A DNA stretch of 64,000 nucleotides from Camelus dromedarius (lineage: Eukaryota). The notes under the pieces were generated by a model. It was given only the letters and a program-made list of their open reading frames with translations, searched no databases and was not told where the DNA came from. The translations under genes and the position numbers were made by a program. This document shows, in pieces, positions 24,933-39,250 of the stretch (positions within the stretch are counted from its first letter, which is position 1; every line of letters starts with the position of its first letter). The DNA is taken from the NCBI RefSeq assembly GCF_036321535.1, contig NC_087437.1:70434001-70498000 (forward strand). Direction: 5' to 3'.

Positions 24933-26989
24933 AGCTTGGTAAATGAGACAGAGGAAAACCAGGAAGTGAATTGAGAGTACTAGTAACAGAATAAAGAGGA
25001 AAGAATAAGTGGGTTGTGAGGTTTGCCTGGGTGAGAAAGACAATGTTAAAAGGGTTCAAAGAGCAGAAAATTCGAGAGGCCTGTGGCCTGATAGTTTCTG
25101 TGATATCGGAGAACTAGGGATGTTAAATTTAGCAGGGAGAAAAGCCTTGAAGAAAAGGAGACTGGTTGTAGGTCTAGCAATGATAGAGTGTCCTTTGGTG
25201 ACTCCAAGGAGCAGAAACCAGAAAAGCAAAAGACAAAATTTCATTAATCAGCCTTTGGACAGATTGCTGCCACCACCATGGTAGTAAGACTCACCCCTTT
25301 TGAAATCAATTCTTTGGTTTGTACATTAGGTAAATACTGCTTCAGTTTGTTGTGTTATGATGATCCACAGAGAAGGTGGCTGTCAACACAATCAGTACAC
25401 AGACCCTGGCAAACAGGTTCACCTCAAAACAGTTTGAGGGGAATCTGCCTACCAGAGCTGCAATTCTAAGGAAGTATGCTATTAAAAAAAAACACTGGGA
25501 CGTAAACAAAAATAAAAGTAAAAGAGAAAGAACAGAAGCTTCAGAATCAAATTAGAGTCAATTCATGGTGTCACCAGTTAGGTGATACATGATACACCAC
25601 AAAAGTAACTTATCCCTTTTGAACTCCACACCTTACATGGTGTTAATACCTCATTTGATTGTGATGGGATTAAGTTGTAAACTGCTAAGTGCCTCGCTTC
25701 ATGCAGGGTATAACTGTTGATGTTCCCTTTCTCCCATTCCTCCTTCCTCTATCCTGTATTCTAAGATTCACAGGCAAAGCATAAAGTGGCTCCTCTTTTT
25801 ACTGTTGTAGCTTATTTGTGAAGAAGCATAACACATGAGGTCTACTGTATGTACCCTTGTGGCCTAAAGTGTTCAGTCTTATCTCCCTCAGTTCTTGTTC
25901 ATTGCTAAGCAGTGATGTGGGAGACTGTAACTTAGTGATAAGTACTCAATACAAGGAAATTTTTTTTTAGTTTAAACAGAAGGCAAGAGGATTCATTTGT
26001 ACTAAGTGGCCAATCTGCTTGGAAGGTATTTGGCATTCATATGGATTTTGGCAAGAAATAAGCTTCATCTGAACTCTGTTGCACTCCTATTTATTTTGTT
26101 AAAACTGATATTCAAAAGATTGCAGTTATATTCAAATAAAAATAAGTGAAATTTTCACTACATAATTTATGTTTGTAGATATTTGTTATTTGTAAATTAA
26201 ACTTGTAAGCTCTTGGCTAACTTATTTGTCTCTTCATTTCAAAGGAAGGAGTTAAAATTCTTATTCTTGTCATCAGTGTGATTATAGGTTAATTCATTCT
26301 TACTATCCTTTTAAACAAAATGAAGACCAGTGATATTTGATTCCAACCATTTCACACTTAAATAGAGTAATTTAGAAAGGATGCAACTCAGTTGCACATA
26401 GGGACTATATAAATAGTGTTTTAGCGGGTAGAAAGTTGTAAACAGGAACTTGAAAGTAATTTTGTCCTCATCTACAGGTTTAATTTAGCCTGCTAGAATT
26501 TGTAAACTGATAGAAATTATTACTTGTTCAGATAATTTCTGCTTATATTGACATGTGCATGAGGTGGAAAACTAGGAAAAAACTCAAAATTCCTTCTGGT
26601 ATAATTTTGTTATTGATATTTCCTTAACTTGGAACATTCTTCTTCCCATAACAATATTCACTCCATTGCTCTCCCTTCTCAACTTCCCATTGCACAGAAT
26701 CATCTTTGGATCCTGGCCTTTGGCCCAGGAATTAGATCTCATCATCCTGGCAGGCACTTGTTAGATCTTCGACTGACTACTTGTCCTCTAGGTCCACCAC
26801 TTTGCCCTGCTTCTTCAGGTTCCTCTAGCCATTCCTCTGTCTCCTGTTCCCCTGGCTATCTCTGAGTGTCCTGCATGCTGTGTGGTTGTCCACCTCCTGG
26901 AGTGCGACCCCTGCTGCCTTAGTTCCCTGCAGGGAATAAAGCCTGAGGCGCAGGACTCTTTCTGTTCATAGTATTTACCTCTTCCTGCT

Positions 26990-27175
26990 ACATACTATTA
27001 TTGTTTATGTATGTATGTCTTTTGGTATGTATTTCTTCTGGAAGGTTACAAACTCTCTAAAGGCAGATACAAAACTCTTGCTTACATGCATGTGTCTCCC
27101 AGTGAACAGTACAGCACCCTGTAACAACCAAGTGCTTAATAAATATTTATTAAGTTTACTTGAATGAATGTATTC
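26990..27175 (+). mobile_element. L2 3' end
   Basis: ..AAGTGCTTAATAAATATTTATTAAG..TGAATGAATG tail. Confidence 0.65.
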
Positions 27176-28321
27176 AAGTAGTTATAAACAGCATTGTACT
27201 ACTGATCAGGTTGTTTTATTTCTAAGCAGAGTTTTTATAAGAAGATAGATATAAAGTTCTCAGAATCTTAAACAATATTGCAGCATCTTTTTCTTGAAAT
27301 TCGTAATAAATGTCCAACTATTTAATCTTCAAACTTAAAATTATTTTTAACGCACCATTCACAAAATTATCCTACTCAACTGAAGTGCTGATGTAAACAA
27401 GCTTCTTTTCTCCAAAGAAATGACAACTTTTGGTGTCAGTTGATGATTTACTTGAGATTGTATGTGGAAGCCGCATCTTTTTTATTTTATTTTATTACTT
27501 TTCTGAAAAGGACAATCTATCTCTCTTAAAGTCTTTTCCGTGGATCTGAGGTCCGAGGAATTTACCAGACCTGTTTTGCAAAAATCATACGACAAGGCTT
27601 CAAACATTTAAGAGTCCAGATACCAGGCTATTTATTTAGTCATAGAATTCTACAATTGGAAAGTAGAAAACTTCCTAGCCTCATATTTCACTGGAGTAAA
27701 CTGAAGCCCTGACAGGTGAAGGGACTTGCCCAAGGTCCCACAGCTACTTAATAGTGGAACCATATCTTCTGATGGCTGAAGTGGGTTGAGGCAGTGTTTT
27801 TCACTGTAACCTGATGGAATTAAATCCAGAGGCATACCAAAGGAGAAAAATGTATAATGGAATTATTTCCAGTGATATATCTTGTAGAGACTAGATTCTT
27901 TCTGAGTTTTAAATAATATTTTTTCCTTACTATCTGATATTGTCATAACCTGTAATGCATCAAGATCTGAAAACAGAACTTGTAATGATGGAAATATATG
28001 GGCCCTATTTTCATCTCTAAAGCAAATGTGCTTTAGCTTCAATTTAAAAAATATTTTACATTGAGTGTGTGCTTATTTTAATTTAGAAAATATAATTTAT
28101 TTGCGAATGTAATCATTGCCAGTTCGTGAGATATTTTTTCAAGCTTTGAGATGTGTTGTGGGCTACTGTAAATCTTGGCAAAGAATCTTGGACAGAAATT
28201 CTTTAATGTTTCTTTTTTTACCCCCTACTTTGGTTTTGGGATCTGATGAAGGGTGTTGGTCTTGAGACATCTGACTGACATTTTTTCCACTTCCAAAACT
28301 TTTGAGAATTTTGTGTACGGG

Positions 28322-28375
28322 TATATGTATATATATATATATATACACACACATATATATATATACATATATATA

Positions 28376-28412
<37 letters not shown>
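28322..28412. repeat. (TA)n-rich compound microsatellite
   Basis: Direct reading; explains the IY-rich ORFs 28163..28426 and 28253..28468. Confidence 0.95.
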
Positions 28413-28415
<3 letters not shown>

Positions 28416-28628
28416 TTCACTTGCATTCAAAGCCATCTGGTGGTACATATTTCTTTGCATTTACTTAATTTACTTATTATCCATTTTATTTATTCCTTTC
28501 TACCTGTGTTATTATTTAGGCCTCTTCTAGAAGCAAGTGACATGTTTCTAGCCCACTGACTCCAATTTTTATCTGTATTTCTTGGTACCTATTTAGATCC
28601 TTCTCTTCCCAGAATTAATCATAATATA

Positions 28629-28851
28629 GGGTGGGAAGGGATAGACTGGGATTTCAAAATGTAGAATAGATAAACAAGATTACACTGTATAGCACAGGGA
28701 AATATATTCAAGATCCTATGGTAGCTCACAGAGAAAAAAATGTGATGATGAATATATATATGTTCATGTATAACTGAAAAATTATGCTCTACACTGGAAT
28801 TTGACACAACATGGTAAAATGATTATAAATCAATAAAAATGTTTAAAAAAA
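28629..28851 (+). mobile_element. Relatively young 5'-truncated L1 3'UTR insertion
   Basis: GGGTGGGAAGGGATAGACTGGGA..CTGTATAGCACAGGGAAATATATTCAA..AATAAAAA plus A tail; sense counterpart of 7790-8020; possible imperfect TSD AATCA(TA)ATATA. Confidence 0.85.
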
Positions 28852-28864
28852 TCAATATATGTGT

Positions 28865-30165
28865 TACTTCTGGTATGGAGAAATAAACTTCTAATCAAAC
28901 AGCCCACCTACAAATAACAACTATAAACTCTGATGAAAAACAAAACCAAAGCAAAACGAACAAAATATAATACAATGATATGAGCATTTTGGAGAATGAA
29001 CTGTTGTAGGAAGATTTCAGAGGGGAGTTGCTACTTGTATTAAGTAACTGGTATGGGGCAGGGTGAGTTTCACATTTTTTTGTGGCTTTTCCTGAGAGTA
29101 TATGCAGTTGTAGTGTCAAAATAGGGCAACTAACCTTCAAAAGAAAGTCCACTGCTTTTAGACTGGAGAACATGGAAAGGAACAGGGATGCCAGAGAGTG
29201 AGGGGTCACTTAAGAAAGAGGAGAGACAGAGATGGGGAAACTGAAATTCTGTATAAAAACTCTGCCTAAGTCTTTAGCTGGACTCTGAACAACACATGCA
29301 TAGGGCAGACTGAGAGCAATCCAAACTGAGATCTGAATAGGACAGAGTTTGCTGTTTGAGGCTAGCCAGGCTAATGACTTGCTGAAACAAAAACACCAGC
29401 ACTCTCTGGCTCTGTATAACAGAATCCAGGGTATTCACAATTAACACTGACAATGTCTAAGATAAGACCCCAAATTAGTTCAAATACAAAAACAAACAAA
29501 CAAACAAACAAAACTACCAAAAAAAACCCAAAAAACAAAAAAAAAAACAAAAAAAACCCCCAGTAAACTATAAGCCTTTCTCAAAGGAAAAGAAAATCAA
29601 CAGATAATAATTCTGAAATAATTCAGATATTAAAATTATCCAAGAAGAAAATTAGAGCAATTATTGCAACTGCTGAATGAAGTAAAAGAAAATATGATTG
29701 ATATGAATAAAAAGACAGGGATCTCAACAGAGAAACTTAAAAATATTTATCTATGTAAAGAACTAAAGGAAAATTTTAGAACAGAGAAATATATTATCTA
29801 AAGTAAATAAATCACTGAATAGGCTTAATAGCATAATGGAGGTGCAGAAGGAAAAGTCAGTAATCTTAAGATAGATTGATAGAATTCATCTAATCTAAAA
29901 AAAGGGTGAGAAAAAATGGAAAATATAAGCAGAAACTCAGAAGATTGAAGGACAATTTTAAAACATCTAGCATATAGGTAATTGAAGAATAAGAATGGGC
30001 AGAAAAATATTTAAATATTTTAAGAATAAAGGTAAAGCCTTCCTAATTTTTGTGAAAGACATACATAGTTTCAAAAAGTTTAGCAAACCCCAGACACAAT
30101 AAATTTGAAGAAAATAATACCTAAGAATATCATAGCAAAATTGTTGAAAGACAAAAATAATATTG
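28865..30165 (+). mobile_element. Old L1M 5' region/ORF1 remnant
   Basis: A-rich sense ORF1-like motifs (GGGATCTCAACAGAGAAA, GAAATTTTAGAAC, AGGCTTAATAGCATAATGGAG, AGCAAACCCCAGAC). Confidence 0.7.
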
Positions 30166-30229
30166 CAATCAAAATTATATTTAGTGTTATATAGATATTA
30201 TAATGTTCTATTTGAATATTTTTTAAAAG

Positions 30230-30460
30230 ATTAGGAAACAATAGTGTGCAGTGTTTAAGTAATAGGCATTAGTCTCCTAACATCAAGCTCTGTCAATTAT
30301 TAAATCTGTGACCTTAAAGCCAGTTTTATTTTCTTTGTACATCAATTTCTCCCTTTATAAAATGATAATAAAGAGTACAACCTCACATGGATGATGTACA
30401 GGTTAAATTATATATCCAGAACTCTTAGCAAAGTACTCAGTAGAAGTTAAATAAATGATA
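30230..30460 (+). mobile_element. MIR SINE
   Basis: CTGTGACCTT..TTTCTCCCTTTATAAAATGATAATAAAGAGTACAACCTCAC. Confidence 0.6.
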
Positions 30461-32358
30461 ACTCTTGTTACTTCTTTTTTTCTCAGTGTTCTTTGTTTGG
30501 TTGTATCTCTTAATCCTTATTATTCCAAAAAATTTCCCTTTCTTATAGTGCTATTTTCTGATTTTTATATGAATTTTTAATAGTCTTAATAAGTTAAGAT
30601 GCTTTCTTATTTTCTGTAATACAGTTTTTATAACAGACCATAACTGGATTTTGAAGGTTTATTAAATGTTGCCTTTAAATGTATTTGGGCCTAGTATGTA
30701 TTTGTGTATATGTGTCTGTGTATGTGTGTGTATTTATGTTGATTTCTAACTGCTTAGGTGATTTTTTTTTATAATAGTCTATTCAGGTTTTCTAGCTCCT
30801 CTCAAGCTAATTATATTTTCAACAAAAATGTCCTTTCAACTAAATTTTAAAATAGCTTGAATAATTAGTTCAAATAAATAGCATAAAGTTATTCATAGTA
30901 TTCAGTAATTGTTTTAAATCTCCAGACAGATTTGTTATTTTTTTTAAAAATTCTATTTATTTGTACCTTCTTTTTATGATAAACCTTCCCAGTGATTTAT
31001 CTATTTTATTAGTCTTTTCAAAGAACCAGTGCTTCATTTTGTTGACTGTCTTTGTGTCTGTTTCTCATTTCACTTATTTCTGATATTATTTTGTCCTGCT
31101 TTCTAAATTTTTGTTTTGACTTTATTGTACCTTTTCTAACTTGGTAATCTTTATTTTAGTCATATCTTTTTAACATATAAATTTAAAGCTGTACATTTTG
31201 CCAAAAGAATTGCTTTAGCTGCATTCCTTGAGTTTTGAAATGGATTGTATTCATTGTCACTGAGTTCTATATATTTTCTAACTTTCAAAATTTCATTAGT
31301 TTTTGGCCTATAATTTATATAAAGTTGTAATTTTAAAATTCCAGTTATTGGAGATTTGGGTGGAGCAGGAACATATTTTTATTATTAGAGTATAGATTTA
31401 ATTGTGATTAGAAGAGATGATATAATGATTTTAATTCTTTAGTATATCTTATGACTTACTTTGTGGCTTGATATAGAGTCAATTTTTGTAAGTTTTTCGT
31501 GTGTGCTTGAAAGATATGTGCATCTTATAATTCTTATGTGCAGGGCCTTACTTTTGTTAATTAGATCTGCCTTATTAAATAAGCACTGTTTTTTTTTTTT
31601 TTTGCCTGCTTATTACTCTTATAATTAATAATAGAAAAATGATCAAATCTTCTTTATGATTGAGAATTTTGCTGTTTGCATTTTACATATTTTTTCTATG
31701 CTATTAGATGTTTAGGGGCAGTTTATTGCACCTTGCTTATAATTTGTTTCATTTTCATTACTTAATGACCATCTTTATTTTTAATAATGCTTTTTACTTA
31801 GAACCTATTTTATTAGACATCAATACAGATACCACATTTTTACCATTTCTATACTTTCAAACATTACATTTTTGCAGTCTCATAAACAGCATGTCATTGG
31901 ACTTTTTAAAATTCAGACTGTTGCTCACTTTTAACCAGAAATTTAATTAGTATGTATTTATTATGATTACTTATATGTTTAATTACCAAAATCCTATTCC
32001 ATGTCTTCTATTTACTATACTTCTTAAATTTTTTTGTTCTTGCTGCTTACTGTTGTATTGAATTTTCTTAAGTTCCTTTCACCCCTCTATTAGTTTTAAA
32101 TTGTTCATTTTAGTTTCATTTTTAAAAAACTAGTGATTACCTTTAAATATTTTATAATCCTATCTGACTTGACAGTGTTAGTATATCTAGCCTCCTTTCA
32201 AACAGTGTAAAAATGTTAAACACTTTATCTTTAATCACCCCTGCCACATCCTACATATTGGTTTTGTCTAATATTTTAGATCCAGCTTGTTGTTACATCA
32301 CATTTAATAATTGGTATAATTTAATTTTTATAGTAAAAATTTTAATTCTTTTAATTTC

Positions 32359-32566
32359 CAGTGTGCTAAAGCTAACTTACGTTGATGGGCAAAAGCTGAT
32401 TGTGTGTATTTCTTTCCGGCTCCTCATTCAGTGACATTATGTTTGTAGTCTGAAATTGGCCATGGTGGGAGTATTTACATACTAGAAATCAGCAAACACT
32501 ACAACTCTGGGATTTTTTTTTTTTTTTGGAAGAATCATTTGTTGAATATTTACCAGTACACCACTG
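32359..32566 (+). mobile_element. MER63A-like hAT DNA transposon
   Basis: TTCAGTGACATTATG..TGAAATTGGCCATGGTGGGAGTATTTACA..AAATCAGCAAACACTACAA..TTTACCAGTACACCACTG; termini are imperfect inverted repeats. Confidence 0.85.
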
Positions 32567-32959
32567 CCAGTCTTCTTCTTTCCCATTTGTTTTTTCATCT
32601 GACTCTTTATTCTGGGTTAAATTTACTTTTTACTAATTCATATTTTTATACTCTTGTAATGAAGGGCACTGATAGGTAAACTCTTGATCTTCATTTGAAA
32701 ATGTACTTTATTCATAATTTTTAATGGCAGTTCAGTTGAATATGTAAATCACAGTACTTACTTTTTTTCCATAATATTTTGAAGATACTATTCCACTGTT
32801 TTCCAGATTCCATTGTTGCTGTTGAGAAGTCAACTACCCATTTAGTTGAGTTTCCTGTATAAATAATCTGTCTTTACTCTTTATCTTTGGGGTTGTACAT
32901 GTGGATTGTTTGGCTCTAAGATTCATTCTTTTCTCTTTTTTTCTTGGTTGTTTTTAAAG

Positions 32960-33318
32960 AGGGCTGACCACTTCAAGCTGAATTTCCTAGGTTTTCAAAT
33001 CAGTTTTCTTCTACCTGGGCTCAGCCAATGGGAATCATTGGTAATTGACTGAAGAAAAGGAGAAATTAAACTATTTCTCCTTTGTCAGCCTTGGGTGACA
33101 TTTCTAAACACTGCTACATGTCTCCGGTGGACCCAGCTCCTGAAGAATCGGTCCACCAGGACTTCTCACTTTACCTCTGTCCCTTGTCATTGCTAATCTC
33201 TGGGTTGTGTCATTATACCTCGGTTCACTTATCAGTCTCTTTTGCATACTTTATATTAACACATTTTAAATACTCTGAGTGGTTTGCATTTTCCTTGATT
33301 GGACCACGAGTGATACAG
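32960..33318 (+). mobile_element. LTR33-like ERVL LTR fragment
   Basis: CTGGGCTCAGCCAATGGGA, TTGCTAATCTCTGGGTTG, ends GAGTGGTTTG..TGGACCACGAGTGATACA. Confidence 0.7.
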
Positions 33319-34369
33319 TGTTCTAGATCTCATTATAATGTATCTAGATTTGGATTTTTTTTTTTAAATTCTTGGGACTTGCTTTATGTATCTGATGTTT
33401 CTTGTTTTTATTAATTCTGGAAAAGATCCATTATTAATTCAGATAGTGCCTGTTTGTCTTTATTTTTTTCATAGATCTTTTAATTTTATCCTTCATATCT
33501 CTTAATCTTTCTTTTTATATTTTCCATCTTTCTTTTTTATTCTGAGTAAATTTCTAAGAATTATCTTTTATTTCAGTAATTCTTCCTTTAGCTGCATCTA
33601 ATGTGACATAGACTCATTTCATATATTAATTTTAATAGACACTACATTCCTGTAAATCTCTCTGGTTTTTATCAAATCTGCCTTTTTCATGTTTTTTTTC
33701 TCCTTATTTTTGCCTCTTTTTAAATTTTTTTATCATTTTAAAATTTTGTCCCACTGAAGTCTGAGATTAATATTCTATTCCTTCAGTTCTTAAGACTGTG
33801 CCCTCCCCATTCATTTTCTAAGATAATGCTCATATTTGGTGTAAAGCACTTTTGTGTCTGCTGACTCATGTATGGAAAAGCCTTTTCTTATACGTTTGAT
33901 ATTTTTGATATGTAATCTCTTCTTCATTGGAGTTTCCTTTTCTTGTGACTTCTACATGGCTGAGGTTGTTGAGACTGTACTAGTAGAGTGTTTCTTCTTT
34001 TTTGAAGGAGTCCAGTCATATTACTTGGTTCCCATTCTCTATGATCGCCATTATTGTAAACCTGCTTTGTGTCCCTAAGATTTTATGATTACTTCTGAGT
34101 TGGATAATACCTCTGGGGTGTGGTGGTAGCATCATAATGATGCCAAATGCTCTGTTTTTCACATCCCTTTTTATTACTATCTTTTTAGAATTTTAATTTC
34201 TTTCTTGTAAGATCAAACATTTTAAAAGTTTTGTTTACCTATGTGTTTGTGTGTTTTCTCTCTTAAATGTAGCACCTCTATGTTTTGACAGGAATATTCT
34301 GTGTGAATCTAGCCTGACATTTTTATGGAGAGCAGAAGAGCATACTCCTCCCAGGGGAACTTTTTCCTT

Positions 34370-34745
34370 TCCATTCTTTGGCTTGAATGCTTTTGCTCTG
34401 AGGTTATCTTCCCAACTCATTCCCTTATTTCTTTCAGGTCTTTACCTGAATGTGACCTTTCAATGATATCATCACTGGTCACCCTATCTGAAATTTCAAT
34501 CACAACTCCACCATCCTAGAATTTATTTTTCCCTTCCTTGCTTTATTTTAATTCCTTAGCATGAATCCTTGTCTATCATTCTATATATTTAACTTATTTT
34601 TCTTGCTTATTGTCAGTGGCCCACACAAAAATATAATTTCCATGAGATTAGAAATTTTCATCTATTATTTTCAATGCTGTATCTTCACCACCTAGAACAA
34701 TGCCTGGCATATAGTAAACACTCAATAATTTTTTTTTTTTTTTTG
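34370..34745 (+). mobile_element. L2 3' end
   Basis: CACCTAGAACAATGCCTGGCATATAGTAAACACTCAATAA. Confidence 0.8.
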
Positions 34746-35047
34746 GTAACGAAGGAAATATTCAGTGGCTGTGTATTTTGAGCCTGTCCCTGAACTAGGT
34801 GGTGCTGATACAAAAAAAAAAAAAAAAAAAAAAAAGATAAGAAAGAAAGAAAAAGAAAAATAGGTAGAGTATTTAAAAAGAAGTTTATCATCACAGGTCA
34901 ACAAAGACTATGAATTCAAATGAACTCTTTTTATGAACTTATTGGTACTGCGTGGGCATTCCTTGAGGTGGTATGGTGATTACTTTTGGTATGCAATGCA
35001 TCTAAGTCCTCTTATTCTCTTTCTTTATCAATGAACAGACTGGAGTA

Positions 35048-35068
35048 CACACACACACACACACACAC
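35048..35068. repeat. (CA)n microsatellite
   Basis: Direct reading. Confidence 0.9.
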
Positions 35069-36289
35069 CCCCCGAAACAGAGATTAGAAAGATAATGATT
35101 CAGCCAGAAAACAGTTTTAATGAGGGAGCTGACATAAGTTTGACTAAGATAATGAGAAAGTGAAAGGAACTAAGTGTGAAAAAAAGAATTTCCAATAAAG
35201 TTTTCATGATAGCCAGTTTCTCTTCCAATGTTGGTAACCACTGCCTCTGATAATCACAAAATGCAAAGAAAGGGCCAACCTCTACATTTTGATGCCTTGT
35301 AATTGTACCTAAAGAGCAAGTCCACATTTGCCTTTATAACTGTGCAGGTAGTACACAGAGGAGTATAATGCTTTTACTTTACCACAGTAAATGATAAAGT
35401 TCATGGCTATATTTACACAGGCTGAGTTTCCAGCATGTGAAGTCATGTGAAGAATGTTAAATCTCGAATACGTTTCAGTTGATTTTTCTCCCAACTATAA
35501 TAGTAGCAGTTATTTTATTTATATGAGGGGACGTTTATGTCACCTAAGAAAAAGCTAATAGATTTTCTTGGTAATTTTTGTATCATGTTAAAATTTCTTT
35601 TCATTTGTAACTACTATTTTGTTCCTACTGCTCTATCTTATGCTTTTTTTTTTTTAACTTATTGTCCCTCATACCAACTTACTTTATTTTTGCCTTTGAA
35701 TCCTTGTTTCTTTCATTTTTCCCCACCCAAAATGTCTGCTGTTGGGGTTTTAGTCAAATCTTATCTCTATTGTGCTGCAGACACTGGCTGGCCAACACAA
35801 AGGAACTAATTTGTAGTAAGCCCCTTTTCCTAAATGCCGTGAATTATACTAGCAGTTGCTTTTATATATATACAATCTCACTTAATCGCCATTAAATCCT
35901 GCGTGTTAGATAAAAGTTTTATCTAACCCATTTTAACTAGATGAAGCTGAATATTTAGGGAAATTATTTAAGTTCCCCTAGGATACACACTTAGTAAGCT
36001 GGGATTTAAACTCTAAACTTCTAATTGTAAGTGGTTGCTGTTCTCATTATAATTCCATTATTTCTCCTAGATATTGTACCTCCAGCCTACCTAGTATTGC
36101 TTTTGAACATTTCCTGACTTGTCATTAAATGAATGGGATTTACAATAAAAGAGTACCTACAGCATCCAAGCTTCCATGTGGCAGATAGTCTTGGAATGTA
36201 GAGAAAACAACAGTAGGGGTAGCTGTTACCTACCTAATTTTACAGTCTCTTTTGATTGAAAGCTGCTGTTCCAAACCTCATATTTATAC

Positions 36290-36530
36290 ATCTGACCAAT
36301 ACTTACTGAGTGTCTATTGTGTGTCAGGCACTAAACTAGACCCTGGGTATAGAGTGCTGAACGAAATAATATGGCCTTTATGGAGCATACATCCTAGTGG
36401 GAGAGAGAGAGAATAAACATGTAAACCAGTAACTGCATGAATAATTCAAACTGTAATGAATTACACAAAAGAATAAAATAATGGGTGGATCTGTTTAGAA
36501 ACAATAGTCAGAGCCAGCCTCTTGTAGAAG
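36290..36530 (-). mobile_element. L2 fragment
   Basis: ACTTACTGAGTGTCTATTGTGTGTCAGGCACT..ATGGAGCATACATCCTAGTGGGAG. Confidence 0.75.
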
Positions 36531-39049
36531 GACCACACAACTGATTAAACTTTTTCAGGGAACTCTTTGTCTCAACTTCTACCATAACAGGTGTCTGCTT
36601 AAGAGTAAAATCTGGATCACTCCCTTCCGTCCACTGTGGGGCCAAACCAAGCAGGCTTTCTAATCTTTTATAAACATTTGAGACTCAGATTCTGATTATT
36701 TGGACTTCTACTGATTAAGAGGAAAAGTAGGAGGGAAAAGGAAAAGAAGAGGTTGGGAAATTAGTCCTTTAATTGTTGCAAAATAATTTGTTTAAGAATG
36801 TAATGTGTTAATTTTTTAATGCATTGTGAATTTTCTTAATCATCAGGCATATATGATAACACAATACAGTCAACATTCCTTTAACTAATATTTAACCCAT
36901 ACCTACTTTTTATTTATTAGATACTGTACTAGGGACTAGTAATGTAATGGTGAATTGGACAAAACCGTGTCCCTATGTTCACAGTCTATGAAAAATAAGC
37001 ACTATGCACTGTGATGATTATTATGACAAGATAAAACACAGAACATCACATTCTGAAGGAAATAATAGCTAAACTAAAACCCCAGGAATGCATACAAGCA
37101 GAGCAGTAGAATTTTCACATTCACCAAGAATAAGTCCTTTCCATAGTCATAGCTTCAAGTTAAGAATATTTTGAAAATGTTATTCTTAACATTTACCTAA
37201 ATTCTAATTTTCTTAATTTTCTTTACTAGTTCTTACACTGTCATGTAAGAAGTTTTGTTTTTAATCATCTATTAAAAACTGTTTTCTCTTTAGTACACTG
37301 TGAAGTGTGAATTACAGGATAAATAGAGTTATTAACATTGTATATTGTGGTTCAGATTTCTACTAAAGAGTTCAAATTCATCAGTTTACACATAAAATTT
37401 GATACTGTTTCCTTTAGCCAATAATACTAGAAAATTTAAATATAAAATCATTTTGTAAACTTAGCTTTTCATACATTTTGTAGCTTTATTATAGCTAGTC
37501 TCACCTAAGGTCTAGACAGACCAGTTGTGCCCTTGGGTTAATAGGTACTTATGGTATGATTTCCTTTTCCTTCCTTATTGCCCTTTATCTATTTCCAGTT
37601 CTTAGAGTTGATAAATAGATAACTGTTTCTTCTCTTACTTCCTCTTTCTGATAGAGCTAACTCAGTAATTTATAAAAATAAGCATAACTAACAAGTTTTT
37701 CAGGTCTCCTTTTAAAATTACAATTTCTCTTAATCTTCTTAGGTTTTCTGTTCAGACAAACTGCAGAAGTTAGGGCACCTCAATTAAAAAAAAAGTTAGA
37801 TTGGCTTTACTGATGATTAAAGTCTACATTTTATAATAATATAATAATGATAGAGCATCCAGATCAGTTGTGGGTCTAGAAGAAGTAAACACATATTAAA
37901 TAAAATAAAAGCATTTTGGATTACATAGTGGCTTTCCTCAAAAACAGGTCAAATTTAAAATGTAAAGCACTAAATATTCCTGAGGATGCTTACTCAGTCA
38001 TGGGGGAAATGTTTTTTAGTCTAAATTTAGGTTCAGAGCTCTTATGGAGCCATTGCTCCTAGAGACCCAGACGAGGCCCTTTTTAGTACCCTAAATAAAT
38101 AAGGTATTAGGTTTATTAATGGCTGAAGAGGCACCATTAAATTCCCCCTCTCCCATCACTAGCCAGGCCCATCCAGTATGGAGGGAAGATAAACTTACCT
38201 GCTCTTCACAACATAGAGTTGGACCTATTTTGTTCCCACTGGAGAACACATTTGTGCCAACCTAGAAGTAAAAAGAACTTATCAAAAATTCTCTATAGTC
38301 TATCTCCTCCTGGAATGGTGCTGCGAGTAACCTCACTCTCACAAGACTCAAACAGTTCTAGGGATTACATAAACTGCATGGGATTCTAAAGACACCATTT
38401 AGCATTTTTGGATTTGTGCTGTCCTCCAAATCAAAACAGAAATAAGGGCTAGAACATCAGTATGCATTCATTTTGTATTTCAAGCCCTGACAAAAAATAA
38501 TACTTTTTACTTATATTTGCAAACCTTGCATTATATGTGAGCTCAGATCATTTGCAGGGTCTCTTTAGAATACATAAATAAGTGATACTGCTCATATGTG
38601 ACTGTTAAGGAGCCCACAACACTTTGTTCTGATTTCAGTTGAATAATTACATTCATTTTGTCCTTATAGTTTCATTTCCTGATTGTTTCAGTTAGGTACA
38701 GATTATGATCCTTCATTTTTCACCCAGAAAAATGGGCAGTTTTGCTACATGTATTACTTAGAACCCACTGCCTTCCTCTTCAGTAATAAGAATGTTACTT
38801 TAAAAGGCTTGTTAGGGTTGCTTATTGTGGCTATTCGTATTGTTATAGTGTTTCCTGATTCAGAGATGTTCTGTGAACATCCAGCATGCACATGACTGAC
38901 AGGCTCTTGGGTGAGCTGTAGAATATAGACTGATATTTTGAGCAAGCTGTCTTTCTATCTCCTTACTCCTTGTTTAGCTTAACTCTCTAGCTTAAAGTTA
39001 TAGACATCCTCTCCTTTTCTCATACAACAGGACAGTACTAACAGCTTCT

Positions 39050-39250
39050 TTATAGCTTACTTTATAGCAGGCACTCCTTTACATGCCTATAACATGTAGT
39101 AGGCACAAACAATCCTATAGGGTAGGTAACATAATGATCAATTTACAGACAGGGAAATTGTAACTCACCCAGGATTACACAATTGAAGAGAGAGAGCTGG
39201 AAGTCGATTCCGGGTTTGTCTGATGGCAAAAGATAATCACTTAACAACCA
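39050..39250 (-). mobile_element. MIR SINE
   Basis: AACAATCCTATAGGGTAGG..TTTACAGACAGGGAAATTG..TAACTCACCCAGGATTACAC. Confidence 0.65.

Larger units (their letters stand above)
30480..33730 (-). mobile_element. Very old L1M fragments, interrupted by MER63 and LTR33
   Basis: Antisense ORF2 motifs TTATCTATTTTATTAGTCTTTTCAAAGAACCAG, TGCTTTAGCTGCATTCC, GTGTGCTTGAAAG, TTGTTGCTGTTGAGAAGTC. Confidence 0.65.

Noticed and set aside
34728..34835. Poly-T ... poly-A inverted arrangement (hairpin or retrocopy)
   Set aside because: Explained by homopolymer expansion at an L2 tail and adjacent L2-like sequence; no TSD or recognisable insert
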